The translations under genes were made by a program, and so were the position numbers. Of a stretch of DNA of 64,000 bases, positions 60,401 through 64,000 are shown one piece after another. The stretch is from Psammoneis japonica (taxonomy: Eukaryota). The notes under the pieces were generated by a model. It was not told the DNA's origin. It ran no database searches and was given only the letters and a program-made list of their open reading frames with translations. Location of the stretch: contig QPGO01000048.1 of the NCBI GenBank assembly GCA_008632985.1, positions 1-64,000 on the forward strand. Reading direction: 5' to 3'. Position 1 is the first letter of the stretch. The number at the start of each line of letters is the position of its first letter.

Positions 60401-61722
60401 TCTTCTGGTTCACTATCCGGCTCCTACTGATCATTGCCATTCTTAAGAAGTGGCATACACGCCAAATCGACTTCGTTCTGGCGTATCCGCATGCCGATAT
60501 CGAATATGATATGTACATGGAGTTGCCTGCAGGAATTGAAACAAAATATGGCAATGGTAAGACTCATGTTCTGAAGTTGCTCAAGAACTTATATGGACAG
60601 AAGCAAGCAGGGAGAGTATGGCAAGAACACTTACGTGATGGATTGTTAAGGATTGGTTTCGTACAATCGGCGGTTGATGAGTGCCTGTATTTTCGTGGCA
60701 ATGTCATTTTCATTCATTATGTCGATGACGGTATCTTTGCATCCCCTGACAAGTCTGCTATTGACAAGGCGATACAGGATATCAGAGATGAGAATTTTGA
60801 TATTGATGATCAAGGCACTCTGGACGACTATCTCGGTGTCAACGTCGAGACACTACCAGACGGCAGAATGAAACTTACCCAACCTCACCTTATCAATCAG
60901 ATACTGGAGATGGCCAATATTCCAAAGAGACTACCAGATAAGTCTACTCCTGCTCCTTCCTCCAAGATCCTCCACAGGCATATGAGTGAGCCTGCTTTCC
61001 AAGGGAGCTTTCATTACCGATCCATCATCGGCAAGCTCAATTTTCTGGAGAAGAGCACTCGACCGGATATCGCTTACGCGGTGCACCAAGTCGCACGCTT
61101 TTCTTCCGATCCCAAGGTTTCTCACGGTGAAGCCGTACTATGGCTCTGTAAGTACCTAAGGTCAACCAGAACTGAAGGTATTATACTACAGCCCTCAACG
61201 GACAAGTCCCTTGAAGTTCACGCCGACGCGGACTTTGTGGGCAATTGGAATAAGCTGACTGCACCCGATGACGTCGGCACTTCCAAATCTCGAACTGGGT
61301 TTGTCATCACCTATGCAGGGTGTCCGATTGTCTGGACGTCCAAGCTACAGACTCAGATCGCGCTCAGCACTACTGAAGCTGAATTTATCGCTCTTTCGGA
61401 AAGTCTTCGAAGCGCCATCCCAATTATGAACCTCATTCAAGAATTTATGGATCACGGTCATAATGTCCCTTCCAAGACACCAGTCGTACATTGTAAGGCT
61501 TTTGAAGACAATTCTGGAGCATTGGAGATCGCGAGATTGCCTAAGATGCGTCCTCGGACAAAACACTTCAACCTCACTCTCCACCATTTTAAAGACCATC
61601 TTCGCAAAGGTCTCATATCAATCCTACCAATTGATACGGCGGATCAGATTGCAGACATTTTCACCAAACCTCTACCACAGAATCTCTTCATTAAACACAG
61701 GAAATCGCTCCTTAAGTGGTAA
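57463..61722 (+). CDS. Copia pol: protease, GAG-pre-integrase, integrase, RT, RNase H
   Basis: IGVDS, WHCRLGH, VSVDQ...HADNG...NGIAE, QIDF..AY, LYGQKQAGR.W, YVDD, DADF, STTEAE, EDN, ADIFTK. Confidence 0.95.
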   Translation: MLCRFTLTLLLSLQTAVTVSVLLMAVAGVMKCAASIWIMLLFMMPSLPSEKCKRLSHAAMTLGEWVISHVLAELGTRQVKTCQRRPTTRCCARHHASTRPGHRSRVATKKAHCVIARHKTVRACNSATPHRPERTEPTCDSDSFAIGVDSHSSCTMSNNEAHFIGPLRKSNKVVLGVKGCLRAEGEGTVQWAIEDDMGRVHSIKIRDAPHVPDLPHCLLCPQQWSQQANDHTPEPHGTVSWTRDDGPLLMWDQRKCHRLIPLSANSNVAKMRSAPGSNKCRTFAAAVEEQTDIETIEHVACQAHIMPPDDESIANDDEAAIDADVFRSPSETRPSETQDARNTADEDAPVSFEPTDGASRSDSDEENLRDFTTPEVQQDLPEPINIIPNDDALAATDDQGELLRWHCRLGHMSFKMIKPLAALGILPKRLTKVHNPKCAGCPYGAMTKRPWRSKSKRNRRIHLATSPGEAVSVDQLESPTPGLIPQLKGRPTKQRYRAATIFVDHFSGLGCMYLQKGLTSAETLEAKHAFEAFARRMHVRIQHYHADNGRFADNAFIQDVKKQQQTTSYCGVNAHFQNGIAEKRMRDLQEQSRKQLLHAKVRWPTAIELNLWPSALRNSNEIKNHLPNHEDGSSPLERFSSVKVQPNLKQHHTFGCPVYALHNRLQGGGRLPKWDPRARLGINLGPSTRHAGSVTLVLNLQTGLVSPQFHVQFDDFFETVRPSAGNPPTFSQWQGITGFRQLKTRSTFNIFGKSSDVPVEGLVPTTTEPPEPNSDIPSQLLHPTDTSTTDDSFDNAQPDDEMLYTPPDDSDAPSEPQRTMGQPSTSRSGRQRRPTERMRESQLQRAQGIVSYNAEAEAYYDAMHEDDYKLQDDMDSPISFLASSDPDTMYFDQAMREPDRDEFIRACVKEVNDHIERKHWILIPREDVPDDVDVLPSVWSMKRKRDIKTQAVYKWKSRLNVHGGKQEYAVNYFQTYSAVVFWFTIRLLLIIAILKKWHTRQIDFVLAYPHADIEYDMYMELPAGIETKYGNGKTHVLKLLKNLYGQKQAGRVWQEHLRDGLLRIGFVQSAVDECLYFRGNVIFIHYVDDGIFASPDKSAIDKAIQDIRDENFDIDDQGTLDDYLGVNVETLPDGRMKLTQPHLINQILEMANIPKRLPDKSTPAPSSKILHRHMSEPAFQGSFHYRSIIGKLNFLEKSTRPDIAYAVHQVARFSSDPKVSHGEAVLWLCKYLRSTRTEGIILQPSTDKSLEVHADADFVGNWNKLTAPDDVGTSKSRTGFVITYAGCPIVWTSKLQTQIALSTTEAEFIALSESLRSAIPIMNLIQEFMDHGHNVPSKTPVVHCKAFEDNSGALEIARLPKMRPRTKHFNLTLHHFKDHLRKGLISILPIDTADQIADIFTKPLPQNLFIKHRKSLLKW

Positions 61723-61765
61723 GACGTTTTCGAGTCATCATTCCACCCGACATTGTTGAAGGGAG

Positions 61766-62112
61766 TGTGACAATATTCATGTTTGCATGTTTTTACAACA
61801 ACATCGGACCTCCACGATTCAAATCAGAGATCCAAGATTCGAACCCCGTGTGCGATGCTCAGTCTCGAATCCCGCGGAAGCCGAGTCACGAATGCGATGT
61901 TTGTTCCTAGCTTCGCGCTTGTTTAACTTCGCGTTTCCTTTAGATGGCAGCTGCATCTGCTCATAAAAACTGCTCATAATCTTTCTAACGCACTGATTAT
62001 CACCTCTCAACTTTTGGTGCAATAAAGTTACTGATTGATTGTTGTGTCGCAATCACAGCTTTTAATCACTGAAAGTGCAGACGAATCTTAGAATTCCGGC
62101 TACTTTCCCACA
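61766..62112 (+). repeat. 3' LTR
   Basis: Direct repeat of 55534-55880, followed by TSD gtgag. Confidence 0.97.
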
Positions 62113-62717
62113 GTGAGGCGTCCAGCTGAGTCGCTTGAGTTGAGTCCATTATTTAGGCTACATTGCAACACATTGTGTCTTTTACGGGACACTTTTTGTC
62201 GCAACTGTATCAAGCCTAACAGTTGCATTTAAAACAAGACATTTACAAATCACAGAGATTACAGCACCTGCATCTTCCTTGAAAACTTTTCAGGCTTATG
62301 GCAGTTGATGAATAGAGACTCTAACACTGGAGCTCTCGCGGTCGGTCGTACTGTACGTATTGTACGTCGGGCGGGCGGTCCAGTCCCGATTCCCTACAGC
62401 ACGTGATTCAAAACGAGATAGTGCCATTCTGACGTTCTACGCGCTTCTCAGTATGTCTCCATGTACCTTATTTCAGTACGAACAGTTTGTCGTATGTAGG
62501 GTTTGTACTCAATCCTACGGCCTGACGGGACCCGGCGTTGGAAGCACAAAGTCAGAAGCGAAGCACGCACACACAGAACAAAAAGCACGGCAACAAAGAC
62601 GAAGTTGTTGCCTGTGTCATTTGCGTCGTCGGAGTTCCCTCGTCCTCTGCACCGACCGCAGAAGCAACCGTACCGTATCAAGTTCAAGGACATCAGAGAC
62701 TCAGCGACTGGCATTGA

Positions 62718-64000
62718 ATGAGGAAACGCGTCTTTTCCCACGAAGAATCATCAACTTCAAGATCGCCGTACCTACGTTCCGTACCGAGAAACGTTCTGGC
62801 GGTTGTCTGTATTCTCTTTGTATCTCTCTCCGCAGTGGTACTTGTCGACAACGCAAACAGCTCTTCCCATAATGGTCGCCATCACCTGAGGTCTGCGTAT
62901 GATGCAGTTCTTGACGGGGTTGACAATGACGAAGGCTCTGTGATTGACAGTTCTGGCGCGCGAAAACGATGGAGTCGGTCCCTCCAAGAAGAGCTTTCCA
63001 CCAAAGACTGTGCCACAGAATCAAATCCCTTTGACTCGGTACCAGACGCGGTCCAATACATAATGATTGTTATTCTAGTCATGTTCTCCGCGCTCTTCAG
63101 CGGACTTACACTGGGGCTGATGAGTCTCGATAAGACGGGGCTCGAGATTGTTATGGAGGGCGAAGACGAGAAGCTGGCGGAAGCTGCGAGGAAGATATAC
63201 CCGGTTCGAAAGAACGGCAATTTGCTCTTGTGTACGCTTCTTCTTGGAAACGTTGCAGTCAATGCGCTTTTGTCGATTCTTTTGGCAGACAAGGCTGGAG
63301 GTGCAGTCGGTTTTGTCGTTTCTACGGCGATTATTGTCGTTTTTGGCGAGATCTTGCCCCAGGCTCTTTGTTCGAGGTATGCTCTGCAGATTGGAAGTAG
63401 GACAGTCCCGTTGGTCAAAGTCATTATTGTGATTCTCTTCCCGATTGCATGGCCTTTATCCTTTGCGCTCAACAAGGCGCTTGGGCACGAGCTGGCAACT
63501 ACATACTCTACTCAGGAAATGCTCAAGCTGTTAGAGATTCATGTCGAAGAGGGAAGGTTCGACCAGGAGACCGGGACAGCCATGACAGGGGCGTTGAAGT
63601 ATAAGGTAAGTTACTACAGCTAGATTGCATCGTGAGTGGGAGACCGTGTGAACTTACCTGAACTTACCGGCTTTGTTCTTCTTCTATGCGATACCAGGAT
63701 ATCATGGTGAAGGAGGTGAGTAGATGGACACGTTATGAGTTCTGACTCGACTGGTTGAATGATAGCAATCCTTACGTTCATGTCCGTTGTGTTGCCGCCA
63801 CTTTCTCTCAGGTAATGACGCCTCTTGATAACACCTTTATGCTCGGAGTTGACGAGGTAAGTGGTGGAGTCCTTTCGTTGAAACTTTTGACAATCATGTA
63901 TCTCTTCCAATCTCACGGTGGTCTCTCCATTTTTTTATCAAAGAAACTTTCCTTTGAGACGATTGCAAAGATTTTCAAACACGGATACTCTAGGGTAGGT
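62718..64000 (+). CDS. CNNM/DUF21-CBS metal transporter (runs off the window)
   Basis: SALFSGLTLGLMSLD, LLCTLLLGN, FGEILPQA, GALKY/DI.VKEVMTPL...GYSR. Confidence 0.92.

Larger units (their letters stand above)
55534..62112 (+). mobile_element. Full-length Ty1/Copia LTR retrotransposon (CoDi-like), 6579 bp, TSD GTGAG
   Basis: 347-bp TG...CA LTRs, 5-bp TSD (55529-55533 and 62113-62117), PPT GAAGGGAG before the 3' LTR, gag-PR-IN-RT-RH order. Confidence 0.98.

Overview
Eukaryotic, intron-containing, gene-dense window. It is most likely from a diatom or other photosynthetic stramenopile, given the bipartite plastid-targeted lumen proteins and a CoDi-like Copia element. It carries about 25 host genes: kinase, DUF2431 methyltransferase, SET/TPR/2OG oxygenase, ASPM, three AIM24 paralogues, bL28m, GT64, cyclophilin, V-ATPase e, Myb, TauD, PsbQ-like, DUF1995, TL17, CvfB-like, HD hydrolase, FIST and CNNM. 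The main discovery is a regional, directional hypermutation that erases TpA dinucleotides (TA->TG / TA->CA, i.e. A->G in TpA on either strand), with CpG decay nested inside it. It affects three islands: (1) a nest of degenerate Gypsy, Pif1-helicase and RLE non-LTR relics at ~24.0-33.2 kb; (2) an RluA pseudouridine-synthase pseudogene plus repeats at ~39.4-42.0 kb; (3) the 5' half of a young full-length Copia element and the host gene it inserted into, at ~54.7-58.7 kb. The two Copia LTRs differ at 9 positions; 8 are TpA losses and 1 is a CpG loss, all in the 5' LTR. This looks like a RIP-like genome-defence process with the opposite chemistry to fungal RIP. All counts were made by eye and exon boundaries are approximate.
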